A program made the position numbers and the translations under genes. A stretch of 64,000 nucleotides of DNA, taken from an uncultured delta proteobacterium (GTDB lineage Bacteria; Desulfobacterota; Binatia; Binatales; Binataceae). Positions 40,379 to 49,149 of this stretch are shown here, piece by piece; the first letter of the stretch is position 1; each line of letters starts with the position of its first letter. The notes beneath the pieces were generated by a model that was given only the letters and a program-made list of their open reading frames with translations, had not been told where the DNA came from and did not search any database. Where the stretch lies: positions 1,688,474-1,752,473 of the forward strand of contig CAVRVY010000004.1 of the NCBI GenBank assembly GCA_963724765.1, given 5' to 3'.

Positions 40379-41410
40379 TCACCGACCACCATCGCGGCCA
40401 ATGCCGAGATCGTTGAGCGTTTTCGCTTGCGCGCTGCATGCGATGGCCAGGTCTTCATCGATCCGCCGGCAGCGGGAAGGCAGGCGATCATAGACCGAGG
40501 CGAAGGCTTTGGCGGCGGCGGTCGCCAGTGGAGTCCAACGCTCAATCCAACTCCGCAAAACTATTCGATTGTTCTCGGCCGAGGGCAAACCGGTAGCGGT
40601 CGTCATCCGCACCAGCTCTTCGGTCCAGGCCTGGTTGCGTCGCCGGTCGCGCTCGGTTGTCAAAATGATCATTGCTGTAGTCGGGTCGCCATGAACCGGC
40701 GCGTGATGGCGGATCAAACGGCTGATTCCAACCTCCGTCGTGATGGGGTCGATTACCAGATTTACCGCGAACGCGATCTCGGCCCAGTCATCGGTCACCA
40801 TTAGTATTTCAACGAGCCGGCGCAGCGGCTGGTAAATCGGATCGCCGAGCCAATGATCCTTACTCGCATGGTCCTTGAAGCCGTCAACCTGCGCTTCGAG
40901 CTCCATCAGATAGAGCACCGTCGCTTGCGCATGCCTGATCCGATCGACGGCCTCAAAACAAAGCGCGTTGCCGAGAGTGTCGGAAAGTGCCTCCCGTTGT
41001 GCACGTGAAAATGCGCGGAAAAGCCCGTATTCGAAAAACGACCACACCCTGTAGTGGATGCCAATCATTTCGTTCAGCCACACCGAATCGAATTCGCGCA
41101 ATATGCCCGCGATGGCTGCGTCCTCGACGCTTCGTTCGATCGATCGTTCCTGCTCCGCCTGCAGTTTCACATAGTAACGCTGCCACAGACCTGATGGGTC
41201 GCGGAAATCAAACCAATGCGGGTGATGCAGGCGGGTCGATTCCGGGCGCCAGGCCGCGCGGCCCTCGGCGGTCAGCAGGTACCAGCCCTGACGATCGAAT
41301 ACCTTCGGGTCTGGCTGCGTATAGCAACTGACCGCCTCATATTCGGAAAGCCGCCGTTTGCGTGGTTTTATATAATTAAAATCGCGCGGAGCTTGGGCAA
41401 TCGTATCCAT
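40379..41410 (-). CDS. SDIMO hydroxylase beta subunit
   Basis: KPRKRRLSEYEAV..QP, WFDFRDPSGLWQRYY, DRIRHAQ, YQPLRRLVE. Confidence 0.92.
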   Translation of the reverse strand: MDTIAQAPRDFNYIKPRKRRLSEYEAVSCYTQPDPKVFDRQGWYLLTAEGRAAWRPESTRLHHPHWFDFRDPSGLWQRYYVKLQAEQERSIERSVEDAAIAGILREFDSVWLNEMIGIHYRVWSFFEYGLFRAFSRAQREALSDTLGNALCFEAVDRIRHAQATVLYLMELEAQVDGFKDHASKDHWLGDPIYQPLRRLVEILMVTDDWAEIAFAVNLVIDPITTEVGISRLIRHHAPVHGDPTTAMIILTTERDRRRNQAWTEELVRMTTATGLPSAENNRIVLRSWIERWTPLATAAAKAFASVYDRLPSRCRRIDEDLAIACSAQAKTLNDLGIGRDGGR

Positions 41411-42915
41411 TACTGATTCCTCAAGGGATCGCGGATCTCGTAGCGCGCCGCCCTGATGTCATCGATCGTCCACATCCGTTCCTGATTGAGCCAGGGTTGC
41501 GCGATCAGAGTCTTGCCGTCAGCTCTGAGCAATCCATTTTCGACGATGAAATCCGCCAGATCATAACCATCGAATAGTTCGTAAAAGCTCGTATATCCGA
41601 GATACCTTTGCGGTTCCTGATCGAAGAACATTTCACAGGAAGCCGAGCAGAACGCATGTCGCTTTCCAGCGAACTCTTTAGTTCGGCAGGTTGAAATGTC
41701 AATTCGCGGGAACACACACGGCATCTGGCACACGCGGCAGAGCGGCGGCAGGCTGGAGAACAAGGAAAGCGCCAACTCTCCATTGCGAGGGTCGCACCGT
41801 CTCCGGTATTCCTCCCAGAATTTGCCGTAATAGCCATACCAGCCGGGATATTTCAGCTCGAACCAGTCCATATCCCTAGCCGTCATAGGATCGAACCGCC
41901 AGAATTGGAGAGGCCAGGCGCCAAATGCGACCATCGCAGCCGTATGCCCCAGCCATGGAACGCGCTCGCGCGCCGCCTCATAACCGCTCGGAACCTTGAG
42001 TCCAAATGGCGCTAGGCGCTCAATATAAGATCCGATCCAATCCGCATCGATCCATTCACGCCATTTCTCGAGGTAACAGGTGGTGCGGTTGGTCTGAAAA
42101 TAATCCCACACAGCCGCAACGAAGGGGTCGATAAAGGCGTGCTGGCGCCAGAATGCGCGGTCGAAATCAATCTGAAGTGCGGGCAGATTGTCGGGATTGG
42201 AAACCACTGCCGCCAGGGTCGAGTAGCCATTTGCCATGTGCCGGGATTCATCGGACTGAATACTCAGAAATACCGACGGAGTTACCTGGTCGCCATTTGA
42301 GGCGGCGATTTCGGTCAGCGCGACGAAGATCGGATTCGTATATGCAGTCTCGGCGACTACCTGAAGATTGAGCGCGCCTTCGATCGGATCGCCAACGAAA
42401 AAAGTTTCGAAGGCTGCTCTTCCCGCGCGATTGAAGAGATTGGTACCTCTCAGCTTGAATCCCTGCGCGAAGCCTTCTGGGTCGGAAGCGTGTTTGGCGA
42501 AGTAACGCGCGAGGTAAGCTTCCTGGTGTGTGTGCCGCACTTCGTCGAGCATCTGTGCCAGATAGCCCTGGCGGAGTTCTGCGTTGGCGATAGTTTCGAT
42601 CAGTTGTCCGGTGGATTTCATGGCGGCATATTCACCGAAATTGATGATCGGCAGCACCGCCTTCATGATCTCCATCCAGCGGGGCTCAGCCTTGGACGAG
42701 GCCTGTCCGCGGGCGAGCGCATCTTCCATCGAGCCGTACTGGCGATTGTCTTTTTCCTCCTCCATCGATAGGTAATCACGGACGAGGTGACGGAAAGGGT
42801 CTTTGGTCTTGGTGGGAATCTTATATTTGGTGGGGTACCAAAGTGGCTTCTCAACGTACGAGGGTTCCCAGTCGAAATCCTTCACTCGATTGTGCGCTTC
42901 AATGAGGTTTCGCAT
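41410..42915 (-). CDS. SDIMO hydroxylase alpha subunit (group-6 propane monooxygenase-like)
   Basis: di-iron ligands NFGEY, DEVRH, VAETAYTN, SDESRHMANG; WFELKYPGW; LCRVCQMPC. Confidence 0.95.
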   Translation of the reverse strand: MRNLIEAHNRVKDFDWEPSYVEKPLWYPTKYKIPTKTKDPFRHLVRDYLSMEEEKDNRQYGSMEDALARGQASSKAEPRWMEIMKAVLPIINFGEYAAMKSTGQLIETIANAELRQGYLAQMLDEVRHTHQEAYLARYFAKHASDPEGFAQGFKLRGTNLFNRAGRAAFETFFVGDPIEGALNLQVVAETAYTNPIFVALTEIAASNGDQVTPSVFLSIQSDESRHMANGYSTLAAVVSNPDNLPALQIDFDRAFWRQHAFIDPFVAAVWDYFQTNRTTCYLEKWREWIDADWIGSYIERLAPFGLKVPSGYEAARERVPWLGHTAAMVAFGAWPLQFWRFDPMTARDMDWFELKYPGWYGYYGKFWEEYRRRCDPRNGELALSLFSSLPPLCRVCQMPCVFPRIDISTCRTKEFAGKRHAFCSASCEMFFDQEPQRYLGYTSFYELFDGYDLADFIVENGLLRADGKTLIAQPWLNQERMWTIDDIRAARYEIRDPLRNQ

Positions 42916-43175
42916 TCTTTTTCACCCCCGAGTTTGTGGGCTTTGTTCGGTACGGCAAGCCATGTCGACTTCAGAGCAAGCATATCTGCCGAGGCTATCG
43001 CGATGTCAAACGATGCCACCGCCTACGTCGCGGGTTGGCTCAAGAAGCTTCCTGAGACACGCCGCGGCCCAGGCGCGGCACGCTGCTGATTACATGCTTC
43101 GCGCCTCGCACACGGTCTGAAAATCGGCGGCGCCTGCGATGCGCGGGCGCCGCCTTTGAAAACATAAACCCGCAG

Positions 43176-44321
43176 TCATCGTATCAGCCTGAAGCAGTTG
43201 CGAACCTCGTGGATGAATGTCTCGGGCTGCTCGAACGCGGCGAAGTGTCCGCCCTTGGTGAGCTCATTGAAGTACGCGACCTCGGCGAACCTCTTCTCGG
43301 CCCATCGCCGCGACGTGCGGAATATCTCTTTAGGGAAAATCGAGCAGCCGACCGGAACGGTCACAGGATCGGACAGCGCCAGCGCGCCCCGAAAGCTTTC
43401 CCAGTACAGGCGCGCAGAGGACGCGGCGTTTGCAGGGAGCCAATACAGCATTACGTTGTCGAGCAATTCATCGCGGGTAAGCACATTCTCCGGATGGCCG
43501 TCGCTGTCGGTCCAGGACCAGAACTTTTCCAATATCCAGGTGAGTTGCCCGGCCGGAGAGTCGGTGAGCCCGTAGCTAACCGTTTGTGGCCGCGTACTCT
43601 GCTGCTTGGAGTAGCCTGAGTCCCAATCATTGTAGTGCTGCATGCCGGCGATCGCCGATTTCTCCTTGTCGGTGAGATCATTCATGGTCGCTGGATCGGG
43701 CAATGCGATTGGCATGTTCAGGTGGATGCCGATGCAGTTGCCGGGGTCCTGGACTCCAATGCAGGTGGTAATGATCGAGCCCCAATCGCCGCCTTGTGCG
43801 GCATATCGCTTGTAGCCAAGGCGAGGCATCAGCTCCGCCCATGCTCGCGCGATGCGCTGGACATTCCAGCCGTTGCGGGTGGGCTTGTCGGAGAAACCGT
43901 AGCCCGGAAGAGACGGGCAAACGACGTGAAACGCATCGGCAGCATCGCCGCCATGAGCGGTCGGATTCGTGAGCGGCTCGATTACCTTTTGAAACTCGAC
44001 GATCGACCCCGGCCATCCGTGGGTCATCACGAGCGGTAGCGCGTCGACGTGAGGCGAGCGAACATGCACAAAGTGTATCCCAAGCCCGTCAATCGTCGTC
44101 TTGAATTGCGCGAAGCGGTTGAGGCGAGCCTCCCGTGCGCGCCAGTCGTACTTCTCCAGCCAATAAGCGGCGACCTCCTGCGCATATGCGAGCGGCAGCC
44201 CCTGCGACCAGTCATCCACGCACTCGCGCTCGGGCCATCGCGTCTCGCGCAATCGGCGCTTCAGGTCGTCGAGTTGGGAGTCAGTCGCTGCGATGCGGAA
44301 AGGTTGGATATCGTTGCTCAT
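43176..44321 (-). CDS. epoxide hydrolase (EHN plus alpha/beta fold)
   Basis: YDWRAREARLN, HGWPGSIVEF, QGGDWGS, SSARLYWE, GGHFAAFEQP. Confidence 0.95.
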   Translation of the reverse strand: MSNDIQPFRIAATDSQLDDLKRRLRETRWPERECVDDWSQGLPLAYAQEVAAYWLEKYDWRAREARLNRFAQFKTTIDGLGIHFVHVRSPHVDALPLVMTHGWPGSIVEFQKVIEPLTNPTAHGGDAADAFHVVCPSLPGYGFSDKPTRNGWNVQRIARAWAELMPRLGYKRYAAQGGDWGSIITTCIGVQDPGNCIGIHLNMPIALPDPATMNDLTDKEKSAIAGMQHYNDWDSGYSKQQSTRPQTVSYGLTDSPAGQLTWILEKFWSWTDSDGHPENVLTRDELLDNVMLYWLPANAASSARLYWESFRGALALSDPVTVPVGCSIFPKEIFRTSRRWAEKRFAEVAYFNELTKGGHFAAFEQPETFIHEVRNCFRLIR

Positions 44322-44468
44322 CGGTGTTCTAGCCTCCGGAGATAATTCCAAATCGTGGCTCATAACCAGCCAAGTCACGCGGCCGGCCTTGACGATCCGC
44401 CACCCAGTCCGCACCAGCGCTTCGACCCCGAAGCCGAGCTCACGGTATTCGAAAGGTCCTTGGCCAGA

Positions 44469-44786
44469 TCACTTTCGTGTGGAGCGTCCCATCTGCTTAG
44501 GCCCCTTCAGTTTCGCGCGCAACTGCGCCATCGAAATCGCCGGCAGGGTGACGATTTTGACGGTGCCGCGTGAGCCGAGGTCGACCGATAGATGAGCAAC
44601 GGTCTAGTTGTCGGCGGCTTGTATGACGGTGATAAAGTCATAAAAGCCGAGCACCGCATATTGGGCGACCACTTCGCAGCCGAAGTCAGTAATCTCCTGG
44701 TTTACCTCGTCCAAGCGGTCTGGGTCGCTGTGCAACGTCCGGCGTCCCTCGGGCGTCAGCGTGCTCAACAAAATATACGTTGGCAT
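44469..44786 (-). pseudogene. GYD-domain protein with an in-frame TAG
   Basis: MPTYILLSTLTPEG..QYAVLGFYDF..DN*TVAHLSVDLGSRGTVKIVTLPA; TAG at 44604-44606. Confidence 0.8.
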
Positions 44787-44987
44787 CGCGCCTTCCTCCT
44801 TCGCCGATCAGTCGTGCAAGGCCACGGATCTGTTTCCGACTTCGCGTTGGGAGTACGTTCAAACCTCTCCGCTTCTGGCAAACCAACGTCAAGTCGCACG
44901 GTTTACGCGCCGCTAGCGGGTCGAAAGTTTCGACGTTGGCCTAATTAGGGCAATAACACAGTTGACTCACCTGCGGAGGTTCGTTAA

Positions 44988-45845
44988 ATGTCTTCCGCAG
45001 GGGTCAATTATGGATTTGCGCTACCCGACCGTCGCAACCTGTTGTCGTTTATTCAACCGGGTCCCGGAAATCGCGAGCGCCTGATCGTGGTATTCGCCTA
45101 TATCGACGATACGGGCACGCACGATCCTACCGGCCAGCTACCTGGTTCCGAGGTTGCTGGAGCCGTTGGTTATATCAGTCGAATGAATCGGTGGGCCAAA
45201 CTGGATTGGGCTTGGCGCAAAGCCTTAGAGCGTCATCACGTGACAGTTTTTCACGCCTTCGATCTTCGCTGGCGAAAGGGCGAATACGCCGATTGGGATG
45301 AGTTGCAAGAAAGGGCGCTGATCGATGATTTAACGCAGCTTGCGAATCGGTACACCATGTTTGGCGTGGGCGGTCTGTTGTCGGTCAAGGACTATATGAC
45401 GCTGGCGCAGTCGTTTAGGGATGAGGTTAAAGATCCATATTTCATAGGACTCCAGAACCTTTTCAATGAGATTTTGAAAGGGCCATGCGCGCCTGAAATA
45501 CGAGGCCAAACGGTCAACTTTGTATTCGATAGGCAAAATCGATTGGAGCCCGGCACTGTGGAAATGTTTGAAGGTTTTCGTGCGCGAAAAGCAAAAGATA
45601 TTTTCGGCACCATAACATTCGGCGATAAAGAGAAACTCATTCCGCTTCAATGCGCAGATTTACTAGCCTACAACGTTCGGGCAGAACTAGCGCGCCTTGT
45701 CTATAAGCCGCATTTGGAAATCCTGCCCACGATGAAGACCCTATTGAAGCCCCACCGTGTGGACATAGCATATTCCGATTTTGCCGCTCTGAAAAACTTA
45801 TTTTTTCAGCGAGTCATACAAAAGGCGAGTTCTGGATTAGCATAA
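44988..45845 (+). CDS. DUF3800-like (RNase H-fold) passenger protein
   Basis: AYIDDTGTHD, FHAFD, FVFDR, PLQCADLLAY motifs; true start may be the GTG near 45087. Confidence 0.75.
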   Translation: MSSAGVNYGFALPDRRNLLSFIQPGPGNRERLIVVFAYIDDTGTHDPTGQLPGSEVAGAVGYISRMNRWAKLDWAWRKALERHHVTVFHAFDLRWRKGEYADWDELQERALIDDLTQLANRYTMFGVGGLLSVKDYMTLAQSFRDEVKDPYFIGLQNLFNEILKGPCAPEIRGQTVNFVFDRQNRLEPGTVEMFEGFRARKAKDIFGTITFGDKEKLIPLQCADLLAYNVRAELARLVYKPHLEILPTMKTLLKPHRVDIAYSDFAALKNLFFQRVIQKASSGLA

Positions 45846-45862
45846 AGGAAGGACACTTTATT

Positions 45863-46108
45863 ATGAACGCAGCCGACCCAAAATCGATAGAAACTTGTAT
45901 TCACGCTTTGCAGACATTCCGGCGCACGATGCTAGACGACTATACGGGATCAACTCACCCAAGCAGGGATACTTTCGATGAACTCGCGGGCCTTCTCTCG
46001 GAATCGCGCCACATCCTCGTCAGTGGTGGGCGTGCTGTCGATGACTCGAATGAGTTCATCCTTAAGTTGCGGTTGCCGCCCGATAATCGCGGCGAGAAAG
46101 GCAGATAG
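45863..46108 (+). CDS. small hypothetical protein (IS passenger)
   Basis: AAAGGAAGG RBS right after the DUF3800 stop; overlaps a minus-strand ORF. Confidence 0.4.
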   Translation: MNAADPKSIETCIHALQTFRRTMLDDYTGSTHPSRDTFDELAGLLSESRHILVSGGRAVDDSNEFILKLRLPPDNRGEKGR

Positions 46109-46192
46109 GACGATATTGAGGACATTCGTCTGCTCAAATGCATGTTGGACCATCATTAATAACGCTTGAGCTTGAGGATTTTCATTTGCCAT
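45950..46192 (-). CDS. small helical hypothetical protein (IS passenger)
   Basis: MANENPQAQALL..; start overlaps the stop of the upstream small ORF; GGAG RBS. Confidence 0.45.
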   Translation of the reverse strand: MANENPQAQALLMMVQHAFEQTNVLNIVLSAFLAAIIGRQPQLKDELIRVIDSTPTTDEDVARFREKAREFIESIPAWVS

Positions 46193-46337
46193 GAGACAGG
46201 CTCCGTTTGACTGTGGGTTTTGGAGGGTTTTTTGATTTTGCCTTTGGGACAGAAAATACGTGCCGCACAAGATTAATAAACCGCTCGCGCGACGTGTCGC
46301 CCGGCACGGGCGGGAATTTCATTTTCGCTTTCGACAT
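46182..46337 (-). CDS. 51-aa basic ORF downstream of the IS1595 transposase
   Basis: MSKAKMKFPPVPGDTSRERFINLVRHVFSVPKAKSKNPPKPTVKRSLSHGK; AGAGGG RBS; not in the ORF track (<60 aa). Confidence 0.55.
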   Translation of the reverse strand: MSKAKMKFPPVPGDTSRERFINLVRHVFSVPKAKSKNPPKPTVKRSLSHGK

Positions 46338-46364
46338 TTCCCTCTGCCTTGGCGAGGCTTTGCG

Positions 46365-47318
46365 TCACGTCGCAGACACGGCATCTTTGCCGGTCAATTC
46401 CTTGTATGTCAGTCGCCGTCCGAACACGGAACCTATGGCTTCAACAAAGCGATCCGCGTCGCTACCTTTGCGTTCGTTATAACGAAAAGCCTGTTCATCC
46501 AGATAGCGGAACAGGTGGAACGGCTCGACGCTGACGTAGGTTCCTTTCAGGCCGCGCTTGAGCAGCGACCAAAAGTTCTCAATACCGTTGGTATGCACGT
46601 TGCCTTCGACGTACTTCTCCGCATGATTCACGAACTGATGAACATAATCCTTCTCAAGGCAGGTGTAGGACGCCAGCTCATCAGTGAATACTTCGGAGCC
46701 TGCTGCGACGTTAGCGCGCACTTCCTCTTGCAGGGTACGGCGCTTGCGATTGGTGACGTGCTTCACGCGAACCTTGCCAGTCTCGCGATCCAACAAACCC
46801 ATTACCAACTCCTTGCCCGCACCGCCGGTTCCGGTGATCTTGGCCTTCTTATCCTTGTGCATGAAACGGGCGAGTCCGCCGATCATAGTTTCATCGGCTT
46901 CGACCGGACCGGCTCCGCCGAACTTCTCGAAACTGCCACGCTGCATCGCTTTGCGGATGCGATGGAGCATGAACCATGCGGTTTGCTGGGTGACGCGCAA
47001 ATCGCGCGCCACTTCGTAGGAACTGACACCGTTTTTGCAGTTGACTATAAGCCACATAGCGACAAGCCACTTGTCGAGCGGCAGCGGGCTATCCTCGAAG
47101 ATCGAGCCAACCTTGATCGAGAATTGTCTGCGGTCGTGCTTCTGACTGCATTTCCACAGTCGCCGCGTGGAGAGAAAACTTACTTTCTTGCTTCCGCAAT
47201 ACGGACACACGACGCCACCGGGCCAACGCAATTGGCTAAGCAGCGCAAGAGAACGATTAGGATCGGCGAAGTACAGAACCGCCTCAATCAGGGTTTTGGG
47301 CCACGCGATTTCGTCCAT
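46365..47318 (-). CDS. IS1595-family transposase
   Basis: CPYC zinc ribbon, TAWFMLHRIR, VEADET, VFTDE, HTNGIENFWSLLKR, YLDEQAFRYN. Confidence 0.95.
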   Translation of the reverse strand: MDEIAWPKTLIEAVLYFADPNRSLALLSQLRWPGGVVCPYCGSKKVSFLSTRRLWKCSQKHDRRQFSIKVGSIFEDSPLPLDKWLVAMWLIVNCKNGVSSYEVARDLRVTQQTAWFMLHRIRKAMQRGSFEKFGGAGPVEADETMIGGLARFMHKDKKAKITGTGGAGKELVMGLLDRETGKVRVKHVTNRKRRTLQEEVRANVAAGSEVFTDELASYTCLEKDYVHQFVNHAEKYVEGNVHTNGIENFWSLLKRGLKGTYVSVEPFHLFRYLDEQAFRYNERKGSDADRFVEAIGSVFGRRLTYKELTGKDAVSAT

Positions 47319-47516
47319 GGCCTTAATCTAGCAGAGGAACGCAGGTGAGTCAACTGTGTTATTGCCCTAATTAGGCCAGCCAGTTCACCAAACCGGGCAT
47401 GGACCAGTCCTCATTACGTGGGCGGCGGTTCGAACGAAACCGAAGGCGGGACTCACTTAGAATTCTTACTACCGATTGATCGTGGTCGAGCATGCTGGCA
47501 TGGCATGATTGCGGCC

Positions 47517-47625
47517 ATGACGCGGCGCGGCCACGACCCGATCGCGAAATTCATCCGCTCGCTCGAGGACGCGCAGCGCGCGAGAATTCCGAACTATGAA
47601 GCGATGGCGCTTGCGACGGCGGTGC
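47517..47625 (+). pseudogene. pyridoxamine 5'-phosphate oxidase N-terminal stub
   Basis: DPIAKFIRSLEDAQRARIPNYEAMALATA, then truncated. Confidence 0.5.
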
Positions 47626-47719
47626 GCCGTTGGAGTCAAGTCCGGCATACTCACCCTCGTTCTGGTTTGCCGGGTTGCTATCCATGTAATACGAGATCGA
47701 TTTCTGATCGATGGTGAGC

Positions 47720-48260
47720 ATACGCGCGCCCGCGCTTACTTGGTGCGCAATCCACGCTGCCGTGGGATGCTGCGTAACATCGAACCGCACAATCCTTCTG
47801 CGACCGTGAGTCAGGATGATCATGACGTAGAGCAATCGAAACGAGGTCGACACGGCGACCAACTGTCGATGGCAGCGATGCCGATTGCTTCGTTGTGCAG
47901 GAAGCTACGCCACGTCGGCCAAGGCGTTCCGACTCGCCGCACCATGTAGTTTGCGACCGTGGCTTGGCTGACCTCAAGGCCGAGCTTCAAGAGCTCGCCG
48001 TGGATGCGGGGCGCACCCCAGAGTGGGTTAGCGCTGTTCATCTGCCGGATCAGATCACGAACTTCGCGATCTACTGACGGCCGTCCAGACCTTGAACGCC
48101 AGCGCCAATAGAGCCGGAAGCCTTGGCGGTGCCAGTGGACCACGGTGGCCGGTTTCACCAACACCATGATGTTCAGGCACCCCGGCCAGATACTTCACTT
48201 CGATAGCAATTCTCGCGAGCTGCTCAAATCCCGGTTCTCATGGAGTTTTTGGTAGGGACA
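47720..48260 (-). mobile_element. internally deleted IS481-like element
   Basis: near-identical to 12290-12490; WGAPRIHGELLKLG..WRSFLHN; end TGTCCCTACCAAAAAC. Confidence 0.8.
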
Positions 48261-49149
48261 GGCTCAAGGAGAGCCCTGATAACCATTCTCGGGTTGCTCT
48301 TCCGATACGAAGTCCATCGCGGCAAGGGGCTTCGCCATGCTTGCGGCCGCGCCTCCTCGAGACAGTCGCGTTAATGCAGAGTCGGGCCAGATTTCATCAC
48401 GCCAGTCGAATGCCGCTCCACTTTCGATCTCATCTCCGAGAGGGTTTTTGGCTCATCTTAACCGCGCAAGGAGCGCCATTCTGTCCAACTTGTGCTGACG
48501 GGGAACAGCCGGCTGCATCATGCACCTGCAGCCATAACTTCAACTCAGATGGACCAGAAATTTATTGCTAACTTGTCCGAAGGGTCTGACGACATACACC
48601 GCGCGATTCACAAGTGATTCATGCCGAAGTCGTCGTGGGAGCACCAGTAGACGCGGACTCGCAGGATAGCCGAGCCGTTCCGACGAGGGTCGAGAGGGCA
48701 TAGTTATTCCTTTCTTGCCGGGCAGCGATGGTGTCACTGCTATCGATGGATTCCGCGGACCGGACACGTTGCTTTATCGCTCAGGCCGCATCAGCGCACC
48801 CTGATTGTTCCGACTCTAGAGAGACTCCGCTTGCGAGTGTCTCGAAACGAAGCACGGAAGGTGTGTCCAAACTGCCCATCTGGGCGCACGAAGACTGTCG
48901 GGCAGTCGCCCAGTGGCAAACCGCTGGTCGCCTTTGTTGGCCAAAAAGCCAGTGAAGGGCCGTTGCCAGCACCTGCATGCGGGACGTGATCGGGTGGTAC
49001 CTGAGCTTCAAAAGCGAAGCCGGCACGGTCGGCCCTCCCGGGTCTAGGTCATGCATATAGGTGACGACTTGGCGCCTTTTCGGGCGGAGCCGAACGGGAG
49101 CCCCGAGTTAACGTCCAGTGCGTGCAGGCGTGATCGCTGGTGACCTCAG

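Larger units (their letters stand above)
44949..47366 (-). mobile_element. IS1595-family element carrying passenger genes
   Basis: 27-bp perfect IR GGCAATAACACAGTTGACTCACCTGCG at both ends; 8-bp TSD CTAATTAG at 44941-44948 and 47367-47374. Confidence 0.95.
44832..47454 (-). ncRNA. ~197-nt rod-shaped 6S-like RNA split by an IS1595 insertion (pieces 47375-47454 and 44832-44948)
   Basis: after removing the IS: CCGCCTTCG/CGAAGTCGG, CGTTCGAACC/GGTTTGAACG, central bubble, CGGTTT/AAACCG, CTGGC/GCTAG; most G-U pairs favour the minus strand. Confidence 0.55.

Noticed and set aside
42973-43010. Promoter for the SDIMO operon
   Set aside because: TTGACA..TATGCT spacing is 19 bp and GG..GC spacing is 11; neither fits consensus
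46260-47348. 362-aa + strand ORF
   Set aside because: Antisense shadow of the IS1595 transposase
48262-49100. Short ORFs in the 48.3-49.1 kb spacer
   Set aside because: No motifs or RBS support; likely degraded DNA
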